64,000 nucleotides of DNA, taken from positions 32,001 to 96,000 of IMG/VR virus record IMGVR_UViG_3300049491_000383. One strand, given 5' to 3'. Numbering within the stretch: position 1 is the first letter of the stretch; every line of letters starts with the position of its first letter. Below the pieces are notes generated by a model, which did not search any database, was not told the origin of the DNA, and saw nothing but the letters and a program-made list of their open reading frames with translations. This DNA is from a virus. A program made the translations under genes and the position numbers. Below, one piece after another: positions 48,506 through 56,676 of the stretch.

Positions 48506-49036
48506 TTAGCCTAGGAAGTCAATAATCTTACCGACTGCGTCTCTGCCAGTTTCGATAATATGATAAGGAACTCCTTGACTATTTAACATATTCTTAACGT
48601 CAATATCAAGTTCCTTAGCTTCATCCTCTGTCTGGAAACGACCTTTAGGATTGTAGGGCTTATTACGTACTAGGAAAATATTCAAGTTGTCATATATGTT
48701 GTATGCTTCTCGAATAGCTGTGCGCAATGAAGGGATTGGAAAATCGTCGGGCATATAGATTAGCCCAAGGAATAAAGGACAGTCGGTAACGATTACATCT
48801 ACATCCTGAGCGCATCTACGCAGGCGGAAATGTTGCTTACCGAAAATATATTCCTGTGCTTGGAAAACTTTGGGGACACCTAAATGGTTTGTTCCAAATT
48901 CCCATGCTTTATCTTTTGCGTACTCTTGAACGTATTCGCAGTTTACACCACGAAACTTTAGCTCAGCAAAAACCGCCGCAGCGGTTGTTGATTTGCCTGT
49001 ACCCGGACCACCATACAGATTTATTACCTTAGTCAT
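48506..49036 (-). CDS. P-loop kinase/ATPase (NadR/AAA_28-like)
   Basis: INLYGGPGTGKST, EYAK, IVTDCP, GRFQT. Confidence 0.8.
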   Translation of the reverse strand: MTKVINLYGGPGTGKSTTAAAVFAELKFRGVNCEYVQEYAKDKAWEFGTNHLGVPKVFQAQEYIFGKQHFRLRRCAQDVDVIVTDCPLFLGLIYMPDDFPIPSLRTAIREAYNIYDNLNIFLVRNKPYNPKGRFQTEDEAKELDIDVKNMLNSQGVPYHIIETGRDAVGKIIDFLG

Positions 49037-49052
49037 TACTGACCTTTCACAA

Positions 49053-49142
49053 TGGAGGAAGCAGTGAGATTCGAACTCACGGACCCGATTAAGAGTCGCT
49101 AGTTTTCAAGACTAGAGCCATCAGCCGCTCGGCCATACTTCC
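49053..49142 (-). tRNA. tRNA-Ser(UGA)
   Basis: Loop ctTGAaa, long variable arm, CCA. Confidence 0.92.
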
Positions 49143-49147
49143 ATTTT

Positions 49148-49246
49148 TGGTAGGAGAACTTGGAATCGAACCAAGGACGTGCCCCTATCTGGGGCCACGG
49201 AGTGCCGGTGTATAAGGCCGGTGTTTTACCACTAAACTATTCTCCC
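49148..49246 (-). tRNA. tRNA-Ile(UAU) with an oversized variable arm
   Basis: Acceptor GGGAGAA/TTCTCCT, loop ctTATac, ~29-nt extra region, T-arm, A73-CCA. Confidence 0.75.
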
Positions 49247-49253
49247 GAATACT

Positions 49254-49376
49254 TTACTTCTTTGCTTTGAATGCTGCCCACTTTGCTGCAATTGCATTCT
49301 GAACCATCTTTGCCCAGAACGGTTGTGGGAAGTTCCATCCAATAAATGCACCAAGTGCAATCCATACTAATGTCAT
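49254..49376 (-). CDS. Small membrane protein (40 aa)
   Basis: MTLVWIALGAFIGWNFPQPFWAK; AGGAG RBS; GATAAATA at 49407-49414. Confidence 0.6.
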   Translation of the reverse strand: MTLVWIALGAFIGWNFPQPFWAKMVQNAIAAKWAAFKAKK

Positions 49377-49409
49377 GATAAACTCCTAGCACAAAATTGT
49401 GCTTAGTAT

Positions 49410-49688
49410 TTATCCTTTTGCAATTTTCCTGGCTGCAGAAATCTCGTTTTGGAACTCTTCTCTATTTCTAGCAAACAGATCCCTGACTTCATCTCCAGTT
49501 AGTTCCCTGAATCTTCCGTCGGTCCATTCACTGTATGGACGAATCCATGCTTCTCGATCAAATGGCCAAACATGATTATATACAGTCCAGAGACTTTTGT
49601 CAACGGTACTCTTTGCCTCTGGCACAAGAACTTCATAGACACCACCATACCGGTGTTGGTAATATTTGTATACTTGTGGTTTTGTCAT
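49410..49688 (-). CDS. DUF1653-like protein
   Basis: YQHRYGGVYEV..WIRPYSEW..RF. Confidence 0.65.
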   Translation of the reverse strand: MTKPQVYKYYQHRYGGVYEVLVPEAKSTVDKSLWTVYNHVWPFDREAWIRPYSEWTDGRFRELTGDEVRDLFARNREEFQNEISAARKIAKG

Positions 49689-49885
49689 TTCTTGATCGGG
49701 GTTGCAGGTGTGATAGTAACCGCACTGGCTGCCTGTGCAGGAGCAATAGCCTTCTGTTCCTTAACTTCCGGTTTTGGATAAACTTTGATTGTTGGAATCA
49801 ATCCGAGATCCTTGATAGGAAGTGTTGGTTGTGTTTGGGCAAGGGAGCAAACAGGAATCAATGCAACAATTAGAAAATATTTCAT
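49685..49885 (-). CDS. Small secreted protein
   Basis: Signal-peptide-like N-terminus. Confidence 0.5.
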   Translation of the reverse strand: MKYFLIVALIPVCSLAQTQPTLPIKDLGLIPTIKVYPKPEVKEQKAIAPAQAASAVTITPATPIKK

Positions 49886-50625
49886 TATTGATTAGGTACA
49901 ACTGTTGTATCTCTCCTTGGTCCGGTTAATGGTGGTAAATCAGTACGTTTTCCATCCCAATTTACTCCGTTGCATAATTGGTATGTGGTGGAACCAATTC
50001 GTGCATTTGCACAAAGGTCTGCAAGCTGAGCTCTAATTTGAGCATTCCTTGCCTCGACTGCAATTTTTCTATCATTAGCAATATTGAATTGATCAAAATT
50101 GCTCTTCATAGTATCGGAAATTTGATTAATTCGATCTGTTTGGCGCTTGATAACATCACGAATTGGAGCAAGTCTTGAACGATCTAAATCTGTTACCATA
50201 CCACGGATGGTTGCATCCCCGGATGATTTCATGTTGTTGATTCTTGCAGTGTAGGTTGCATTCATTGACATACACCAATCATATCGAGCCTGCGGCAATT
50301 GACCGGTGCAACCAAACCCGTTGTATTCTGCCACTACTGCATCAATGCCAGCTTGTAAGGCTGCCTTCTTATCGTCAATTTCTTTCTGCGCTACCACTGT
50401 AGCAGAAGCAAGGTTCTTATTCTGTTGATCTCTATTATCAGCCAGTACCCTGTTTTCCTTCATCAGGCGTTCATTTTCAAGAGTAAATCCCGAAAGTGTT
50501 CCTTGTAATGAAGTTGATTCCTGCAGACCGGCGCTTAAATCCGACATAAGGCTCGGAACAGTTACCTGCGAATACGCGGCAACAGATACAAAGCAGAGTG
50601 CAATCAGGGACATTTTGAATTTCAT
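49885..50625 (-). CDS. Secreted coiled-coil protein
   Basis: Signal peptide, long helical body, Cys pairs. Confidence 0.65.
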   Translation of the reverse strand: MKFKMSLIALCFVSVAAYSQVTVPSLMSDLSAGLQESTSLQGTLSGFTLENERLMKENRVLADNRDQQNKNLASATVVAQKEIDDKKAALQAGIDAVVAEYNGFGCTGQLPQARYDWCMSMNATYTARINNMKSSGDATIRGMVTDLDRSRLAPIRDVIKRQTDRINQISDTMKSNFDQFNIANDRKIAVEARNAQIRAQLADLCANARIGSTTYQLCNGVNWDGKRTDLPPLTGPRRDTTVVPNQ

Positions 50626-50644
50626 AAGTTCACCTTTGTGTGTA

Positions 50645-50718
50645 TGGAGCGGGATAGGAGAATCGAACTCCTTTGACTAGCTTGGAAGGCTAGGACACAA
50701 CCAATATGCCAATCCCGC
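50645..50718 (-). tRNA. tRNA-Gly(UCC)
   Basis: Loop ctTCCaa, U73-CCA. Confidence 0.92.
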
Positions 50719-50719
50719 G

Positions 50720-51880
50720 TTATTTAAGATATTCTTTTAGATACTCTTCTGTTCTCTCAGCTAATACTGGATCAAAAGTAACATTCTGTAAGAAGCTATT
50801 AAACTGCTCAATTGTATTTAGTTCTTTCTGATCCAACAATTTTTGCAATCGGTCGTTAATTTCAATTCGGGCCATTTGATCAACTATACCCGATTTCATC
50901 GAAGTTACATCAGTCTCAGAAATCGGGTTGATGTCAAATGTTATACCCTTAAACCCTTCTTGTCTAAGCTTCAATACATATTCCATTATATCTCTAACAT
51001 TCATATAATTCATAATATTCATTGTGAACTTTATGATAATATTAGTATTTGGGTATTGTTTTCTTCTTTCCTGTAAACCCGACACAATGATCTTAAAATT
51101 TCGATCCCAGAGATTCCAGTTTAAATATTTGCGTGTTGGATTTTCACCAATTGCATCAAGACTACACATTAATACGATGTTAGGATGCTTATCAACAATA
51201 CCATTTAGGATACCAAGTACGGCAGATCCATAAGATAGATTTGTAATAATAGAAATATACCTATTAGAATCAAATGGCAGAGCCATCATAAAATCAATGC
51301 AATCTTGGTCAAGCATTGGTTCACCACCAGTTACTTGCACGTTTTTAAGCAAGTTTACATCAAGTATATCGTGTATTCTTCTTGCTTCTGCAGGTCTTAC
51401 TGCAATGCCTTTGAATTTAGTAAATCTCGATTGCTGATCTTCCCACATCGATGATACAGTCGGGTAGCAATAAACGCACATCAATTGACACTTGTTTGAA
51501 AATGCAATTTCAGCATTTCTAACAGGTTGATATACATCCAGATTTTTCCAATCTAATGGTCTACTGTCGTGGTGTGAGTGGCGGCGCCTGTATGATGGAC
51601 CACCATCGTCGTCAATTTTCCAGCAAGAAGTGCATTGCGCATTCCTCTTGTTATCCTTAATGTCCCGACGAAGTTCAATAAACTTCTTATTCAGTACACC
51701 TGTAACAGGATCAATTGGACTTGAACGAACTTTACAACAGGGAGAAACACTGTTGTCATAGAGATGAATCTGAGGCAATCCAGTAAATGGAATTGTGCAA
51801 CGATTATCTTGTGTCATAAATGTGACCCCATTGCCTTGTTCCACACTTCCCGTAAGTAGGAGGCTAGAGGGGGCATTCAC
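50720..51880 (-). CDS. Radical SAM protein with an N-terminal Cys (twitch/SPASM-like) domain
   Basis: CQLMCVYC (CxxxCxxC), TGGEP, N-terminal PCC..CTSCW. Confidence 0.88.
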   Translation of the reverse strand: MNAPSSLLLTGSVEQGNGVTFMTQDNRCTIPFTGLPQIHLYDNSVSPCCKVRSSPIDPVTGVLNKKFIELRRDIKDNKRNAQCTSCWKIDDDGGPSYRRRHSHHDSRPLDWKNLDVYQPVRNAEIAFSNKCQLMCVYCYPTVSSMWEDQQSRFTKFKGIAVRPAEARRIHDILDVNLLKNVQVTGGEPMLDQDCIDFMMALPFDSNRYISIITNLSYGSAVLGILNGIVDKHPNIVLMCSLDAIGENPTRKYLNWNLWDRNFKIIVSGLQERRKQYPNTNIIIKFTMNIMNYMNVRDIMEYVLKLRQEGFKGITFDINPISETDVTSMKSGIVDQMARIEINDRLQKLLDQKELNTIEQFNSFLQNVTFDPVLAERTEEYLKEYLK

Positions 51881-51929
51881 CTCTTAATGCAGATGCTTTT
51901 AGAAACGATGCGCATCCACAAAATGAATT

Positions 51930-52130
51930 CTATACTACCAGTATCTGGTCTTCTGTCAGACCAATATCAACGCCTGTGTCAAGTTCAATGAGTTTATTCA
52001 GTGATGGCACAATGTCTTTTCTTGCTTTTTCTTTGTCCTTACTTGCAACATAGAAACCAGGAAAATCATCACAGATATATATATGCCATCCATCAGTTTC
52101 CTTATGTTGAACTAGGACGGGAAAGTTCAT
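51930..52130 (-). CDS. HicB/DUF1902-like small protein
   Basis: YICDDFPGFYVAS..E.A pattern. Confidence 0.5.
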   Translation of the reverse strand: MNFPVLVQHKETDGWHIYICDDFPGFYVASKDKEKARKDIVPSLNKLIELDTGVDIGLTEDQILVV

Positions 52131-52366
52131 GCAACCGAATTCCTAATGTCTTGTGCTGTACGGATTTCGTCTGCTTGACGGATTAGGAATCGACCAAGTT
52201 GCTCAACCTGAGTAGGTGTTAGAAACATTTCACTACATCCACGAATTTCTTCGGGAAGAACGTGACGATCAAACTTGACATAAACCGATTCGGAGTACTC
52301 GTCGCTTTCGCGAACAGTTACATCGATTGTGAATGTCGGATTTGCATTAATTCTGAGTTGTGCCAT
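52127..52366 (-). CDS. Hypothetical protein
   Basis: 79 aa after a tRNA. Confidence 0.6.
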   Translation of the reverse strand: MAQLRINANPTFTIDVTVRESDEYSESVYVKFDRHVLPEEIRGCSEMFLTPTQVEQLGRFLIRQADEIRTAQDIRNSVA

Positions 52367-52383
52367 TTTGATTCCAAGTTAAT

Positions 52384-52459
52384 TGGTGCCCCCGCCATGA
52401 TTCGAACACGGGACCCCCGCATTACAAGTGCGGTGCTCTACCAGCTGAGCTACAAGGGC
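52384..52459 (-). tRNA. tRNA-Thr(UGU)
   Basis: Canonical, loop ctTGTaa, CCA; TTGACC-17-TAAAAT promoter at 52480-52508. Confidence 0.93.
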
Positions 52460-52512
52460 ATATCCTTATTTAGTATCTTATTTTACAGCATTGTTCTTAT
52501 ATGGTCAAGCAC

Positions 52513-53334
52513 TCAATTAATTGAGCAAACTGCGCTCTTGGCCTTGTTAGCGCTCTTGGTCCGCGAGGGCCAAATTGTATCTGCAAATTTCGCCTGTTTT
52601 GGCATAGGAAACACAAGCTTAGAGTCCTTTTGTACCTGTGCCAAGCTCGTCACAAATTGGTTCAACGAACCTTTTCCAGTTTCGTGCTTAAATTCAAACA
52701 CAATAACTTCGTTGGTTTCAAGATCGACCAAAATCTTGTAGAATCCGTTTGGAACAGTTACCATGCTAGTACCGATTGTCTTATCTTGAGCTCTATTATA
52801 GACTGGGCCAGCATAGATTAGAATCCTGTGATCGCGATTAACTGCCCACGCGCGTGTCTGGGCTTCAAGCTTACTCCAAATTCCGCGATTGAATGCTGGC
52901 AACTGTGGAGTCATGTTTGAAAGGATAAAACTTTCACGAGCTACTTCTGGATCCCAACTCATGTCTGCCGAGTTAGCAATGTGACCCATATCATATCCGG
53001 ATTTACTGTAATCCTTAACTTCTGCACGTTTATCTGCTGGAAGTGATCGATCAGATTTGAATGCACTTAGGCGCTTTTCGCAACCGGTTGCATTTGCTGG
53101 AGTAAGGACATAGGCAACCCACTGTGGGATCTTTGCCTTGTTATCGTGCTCAAGGAAATACGCTTTTCTGCAAATTAGGGTTGTATCCTGTTTTGCACCT
53201 GTTGGTTGACCAAACGGAACCTGTGCAGCACATTGCTTCACATCCAATGGATCTGACTGTGATTGTGCATTGGCTGTTGAAGCGAACGCAACTAGAATGG
53301 TAAGGAGTATATTTTTGATCATAAAAAAGCCCAT
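52513..53334 (-). CDS. Secreted DNA/RNA non-specific endonuclease (NucA-like)
   Basis: Signal peptide, SGYDMGHIA, SNMTPQ..FNRGIW..LE, VPNGFYKI. Confidence 0.9.
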   Translation of the reverse strand: MGFFMIKNILLTILVAFASTANAQSQSDPLDVKQCAAQVPFGQPTGAKQDTTLICRKAYFLEHDNKAKIPQWVAYVLTPANATGCEKRLSAFKSDRSLPADKRAEVKDYSKSGYDMGHIANSADMSWDPEVARESFILSNMTPQLPAFNRGIWSKLEAQTRAWAVNRDHRILIYAGPVYNRAQDKTIGTSMVTVPNGFYKILVDLETNEVIVFEFKHETGKGSLNQFVTSLAQVQKDSKLVFPMPKQAKFADTIWPSRTKSANKAKSAVCSIN

Positions 53335-53384
53335 GTGATAATATACGTATTTATCACAGGGGCTGTCTACCTGGAGCGGGCAAG

Positions 53385-53573
53385 TTATTTCTTAGCAGGT
53401 GCTGCTACTTTCTTTGCCTTTTTTGCCTTCTTGACTTTCTTCTTTGCTGGTGTTGCCTTCTTGGCAGCGACAGCAGATGCTGCCTTTGCTGGTGCGGGTG
53501 CTACTGGAGCAGCAGCTGATGCACCAAACGACACTGCTAGTAGAACTGCAAGTGCTAATAGTGATTTCTTCAT
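53385..53573 (-). CDS. Small Lys/Ala-rich exported protein
   Basis: Signal peptide plus AKKATPAKKKVKKAKKAKK; AAAGGA RBS. Confidence 0.65.
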   Translation of the reverse strand: MKKSLLALAVLLAVSFGASAAAPVAPAPAKAASAVAAKKATPAKKKVKKAKKAKKVAAPAKK

Positions 53574-53590
53574 ATAATTCCTTTTTGTTA

Positions 53591-53666
53591 TGGAGCGGGT
53601 AAGGAGGCTCGAACTCCTGACATCTTGCTTGGCAAGCAAGCTCTCTACCAACTGAGATACACCCGC
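53591..53666 (-). tRNA. tRNA-Gly(GCC)
   Basis: Loop ttGCCaa, U73-CCA. Confidence 0.92.
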
Positions 53667-53682
53667 GGCAATCTATATTTAT

Positions 53683-54081
53683 CTAGTATAACGGAAGTCC
53701 CAATGATTTGCGACCTCTACCCTTATTTGCCGCACCACGATGTGGTGATTGACTGTGACAGTTGGGGCAGATTAGGCGAACATTAGATGGTTTATCATCT
53801 GCAGAATTTCCATCAATATGATCAACCTCAAGTGTGATAGATTTCCCTAACCAATCAGTTACTGTGCAACCTTCATTTTCACAATTATATCCACGGTCTT
53901 TTGTAAGATATTTTCGTATGGTGGGACGATCAATCTTCTTTTCTAATGTCCCCGAATACCAGGCCTCTTTGTGTAGCTTTGATTTGTGCAATCCTCTGCA
54001 TGTATTTGAACAATACTTTCCAGAAAACTGATGTGGAGAATATTCAAAATCTTTTTGACAATTAAGACAAGTAGCTTCCAT
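53683..54081 (-). CDS. HNH endonuclease (paralog of 44058..44522)
   Basis: CLNC..YCSNTC; LEVDHIDGN..NVRLICPNCHSQ. Confidence 0.88.
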   Translation of the reverse strand: MEATCLNCQKDFEYSPHQFSGKYCSNTCRGLHKSKLHKEAWYSGTLEKKIDRPTIRKYLTKDRGYNCENEGCTVTDWLGKSITLEVDHIDGNSADDKPSNVRLICPNCHSQSPHRGAANKGRGRKSLGLPLY

Positions 54082-54174
54082 GGTAGAGTCCTTTTGATTT
54101 ATTTATCACTCTACCGCACTCACTCAGTCGAAAAGGAGAGTCTCCAGACTCTCCTGCTCTACGCTACCGACCTC

Positions 54175-55608
54175 TTAGAAGTCGTAACGCTGGACCATGA
54201 CGGTCTTCAGCATGATGCTGATCGGTGTCATTTCTTCACCACCTAGCACTGACTTAACAATGCTTGGAGAGAAGCCAGACACAAGAGCTGCACCAGCCTT
54301 GTTATAGGTCACCGGGCTGTTACCGGCGCGGCCGTTCAAGTTCCAGAATACAACCTGCGGTACCTTGTACCCTGCAGCCTGATATTCCTTCTCGATGAAC
54401 TCCATCGCCGATACGCTAACCGGGCCGCCGCCTGTCGAGTAACGACCGCTCTTACCAGTACCACCCGAAGTGATGCACTGGTCGAATTCCATGTCCGACA
54501 AGATCAAGACCTTTGTCGGCATTTCCTTCTGCGGAACCTTACCCTTGATTGCGGCAGACAAGATTAACTTGAATACTGCACCCAGGTCGGTGTTCATTCC
54601 CCAATCCGAACGTTCCATCTGGTTGAAACGCTGTTCCAAAGTACCAGACAACTTTACCATCTGTGGCGAACCAGAGAAAGTAACGAACTGATCCTTGAAC
54701 ACACCACCCATACGCTCGGAAGTGTACAGGCCAAGTGATACAGCTACGTCCAGCGCAGTTACGCTACCGGATACGGCCACACCGCTCATCGAGCCCGAAA
54801 CGTCAACAACCGGTAGGATGTTTTCGTCAGAACCTTCCAAGTAGTTAGGCAATGCCTTCCACTGTGCGTTTGCAACAGCCTTGTCACCGTTACGAAGCGA
54901 ACGGATCACATCGTAAGGGTACGCAACCGAAGCGTTGATCTTGGCTTCACCAGATTCCAACTTCTCCTTGTACTTTGCGTAACCGGCCGGGTCGTGCTTC
55001 AAGAATGCCTTCTGGTAACGACCAGCAGCAACTGAAGGAACGTGTGGGTACACGATTCCAGTCCAGTCCTGAGCGCACATCTTCTGTTCAACAGTGTTGG
55101 ACAGACCGACCAAAAGCTTACGGTAAGCCTTAGGAGTCAACTTCATGTACGAACGGATCTTGTTGGCTTGTTCGCCCTGACGCGGCATCCACTTCGCGCA
55201 CAGACCGTCTTGCACGTCGTTCAACGCGAAAGCAATCATGCGCAGAGCATCACGCTCCAGCACAGTACCAAAAGTCATCAAGACGTCGTCCCAACGACCA
55301 AGTTCGGGAACCTTCACCAACAGGCGTTCTGCAAGCTTCGGCTCGGAACGGATTACGTAACCGAACAGCTTACGGAAAGTTTCACGCTCACCCGCACCAC
55401 CACGTGCGTCACGAGCCCATTCAAGGACACGGATCGCAACTTCGGAGTCTTCCACCAAAGCACCTGCGAAAGTGCTTGTGATGTCCTTACCACGGCTTGC
55501 ACCGGCCAAGAAGAAGAGGTCCACGTTCTTGTTCAAAGACGAGGAGTTTGTAACTGCGCCGTTGGAAGTTACTGCGGATGCGTTTACGGCTTCAAATAGT
55601 GTTGTCAT
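54175..55608 (-). CDS. Ro60/TROVE-related vWA protein (DUF2828 type)
   Basis: Helical N-domain WARDARGGAGER, GRWDD, AKWMPR; vWA MIDAS VDVSGSM, MNTD, ILSDMEFD, VFWNL, SGFS. Confidence 0.8.
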   Translation of the reverse strand: MTTLFEAVNASAVTSNGAVTNSSSLNKNVDLFFLAGASRGKDITSTFAGALVEDSEVAIRVLEWARDARGGAGERETFRKLFGYVIRSEPKLAERLLVKVPELGRWDDVLMTFGTVLERDALRMIAFALNDVQDGLCAKWMPRQGEQANKIRSYMKLTPKAYRKLLVGLSNTVEQKMCAQDWTGIVYPHVPSVAAGRYQKAFLKHDPAGYAKYKEKLESGEAKINASVAYPYDVIRSLRNGDKAVANAQWKALPNYLEGSDENILPVVDVSGSMSGVAVSGSVTALDVAVSLGLYTSERMGGVFKDQFVTFSGSPQMVKLSGTLEQRFNQMERSDWGMNTDLGAVFKLILSAAIKGKVPQKEMPTKVLILSDMEFDQCITSGGTGKSGRYSTGGGPVSVSAMEFIEKEYQAAGYKVPQVVFWNLNGRAGNSPVTYNKAGAALVSGFSPSIVKSVLGGEEMTPISIMLKTVMVQRYDF

Positions 55609-55625
55609 TTTGTTTTTCCTTTATC

Positions 55626-55745
55626 AGAATCAGTTTTACTTTGCCTGCTGCTCTACCAACTGAGCTACCTCACTATTTCTAGTGAAGGCGGGACTCGAAC
55701 CCACGACCGTCTGGTTATATTAAGTTTTGTTGCGGAATTGATTCT
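55626..55745 (-). ncRNA. Y-RNA-like (YrlA-type) permuted tRNA mimic
   Basis: Order T-arm (GTGGG-TTCGAGT-CCCGC), GAAA-capped acceptor stem, D-arm (GCTC-AGTTGGTA-GAGC), enclosed by AGAATCA/TGATTCT; directly upstream of the Ro-like gene. Confidence 0.8.
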
Positions 55746-55803
55746 TTATTATAGAGAGGTATTCGATACAACTCAGTGTTCGGATACATCCATAAATAAA
55801 ATC

Positions 55804-55902
55804 AGATTAGCTTTTGGCGAGTTTTTGCTTTCCCCTCCGGAAAGGTTCTTTGACCCGAAGGCCAAATAGTTCATGGTTTTATTTTGTTGCTGTAACTAAT
55901 CT
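55804..55902 (-). ncRNA. Second Y-RNA-like element
   Basis: AGATTAGTT/AGCTAATCT closing stem, ACAGCAACAAAA, internal cUUCGg hairpin and a second hairpin. Confidence 0.65.
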
Positions 55903-55924
55903 TTAGTGTTTGCAAGTGTCTACT

Positions 55925-56305
55925 TTATACTTCTTCCACAATCTCGTCAATGAATTCAGTTACGTATCCGGGGTTTGGGCAACTTACAGCCGGGTCAACA
56001 AGAATTGTTGCTCCAATTGTAATCTCTTCATCGTCGGAATCAACCAACTCATAAGAGATATAGTAACCACCGGTGCCTGTAAACGAATGCCATTCATCGG
56101 GGAGTTCAACCTTGAGTTGCTTCTCTTTGATGATTACCTTAGCATTATTCATTGCACCCCTTCGAATCATCTCCTGAATGCTTTTCATTACATCAAAAAC
56201 ATTCTGGGGTTCCGAAGGCCATTTAGTAACGCTCGTATTCTTCTCCCAAATAAAGGCTGCGGCCTCGTGTAAGGCTGCGAGAGGATACGATACATTAACA
56301 ATCAT
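55925..56305 (-). CDS. Hypothetical protein embedded in the RNA array
   Basis: 126 aa ORF between RNA elements. Confidence 0.65.
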   Translation of the reverse strand: MIVNVSYPLAALHEAAAFIWEKNTSVTKWPSEPQNVFDVMKSIQEMIRRGAMNNAKVIIKEKQLKVELPDEWHSFTGTGGYYISYELVDSDDEEITIGATILVDPAVSCPNPGYVTEFIDEIVEEV

Positions 56306-56330
56306 TGTGCTTCTTTCTAAAGTAGAAAAC

Positions 56331-56590
56331 AGAGTGATGTCAGGGACAAACTTTTCATCCGGAGATTACTAACTTTGCTAAGAGAGCCTAACCCCTCGTT
56401 CGAACCTTTTACATCGTCCTAGGATGTTTGCTGTACGTAACATCTGGTTTCAACGCCATGCTTCTTGAGGCTATAGCTCCACCAGAATTACTAATGCACA
56501 CCTTCAACGGGTTGCCCCTCCACTATGCATCTTTTAACCAGCGCCATGATACGGATTTTACGCCGTGAATTGGTTTGCTGTATTCACTCT
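56331..56590 (-). ncRNA. Third (double/nested) Y-RNA-like element
   Basis: AGAGTGA/TCACTCT stem + TACAGCAAA; nested GATGTTA/TGACATC stem + TACAGCAAA. Confidence 0.6.
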
Positions 56591-56608
56591 TTGTATATAA
56601 CAAGTCTT

Positions 56609-56638
56609 ATTATATAGTGTGTTTACTTATCCCGTCAA
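56609..56638 (-). promoter_or_regulatory. Sigma70-like promoter for the RNA array and Ro-like operon
   Basis: TTGACG-18nt-TATAAT, 18 nt before the first RNA element. Confidence 0.65.
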
Positions 56639-56676
56639 CCTAAAACCGTTGCGATAATAGGTCAAAAATGACGGTT

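Noticed and set aside
55648-55710. Ordinary or pseudo tRNA gene
   Set aside because: The arms are in permuted order with no anticodon loop or CCA; it is better explained as Y-RNA-like.
55626-56590. CRISPR array
   Set aside because: The units share only a short motif, have variable 100-260 nt structured interiors, and no cas genes are present.
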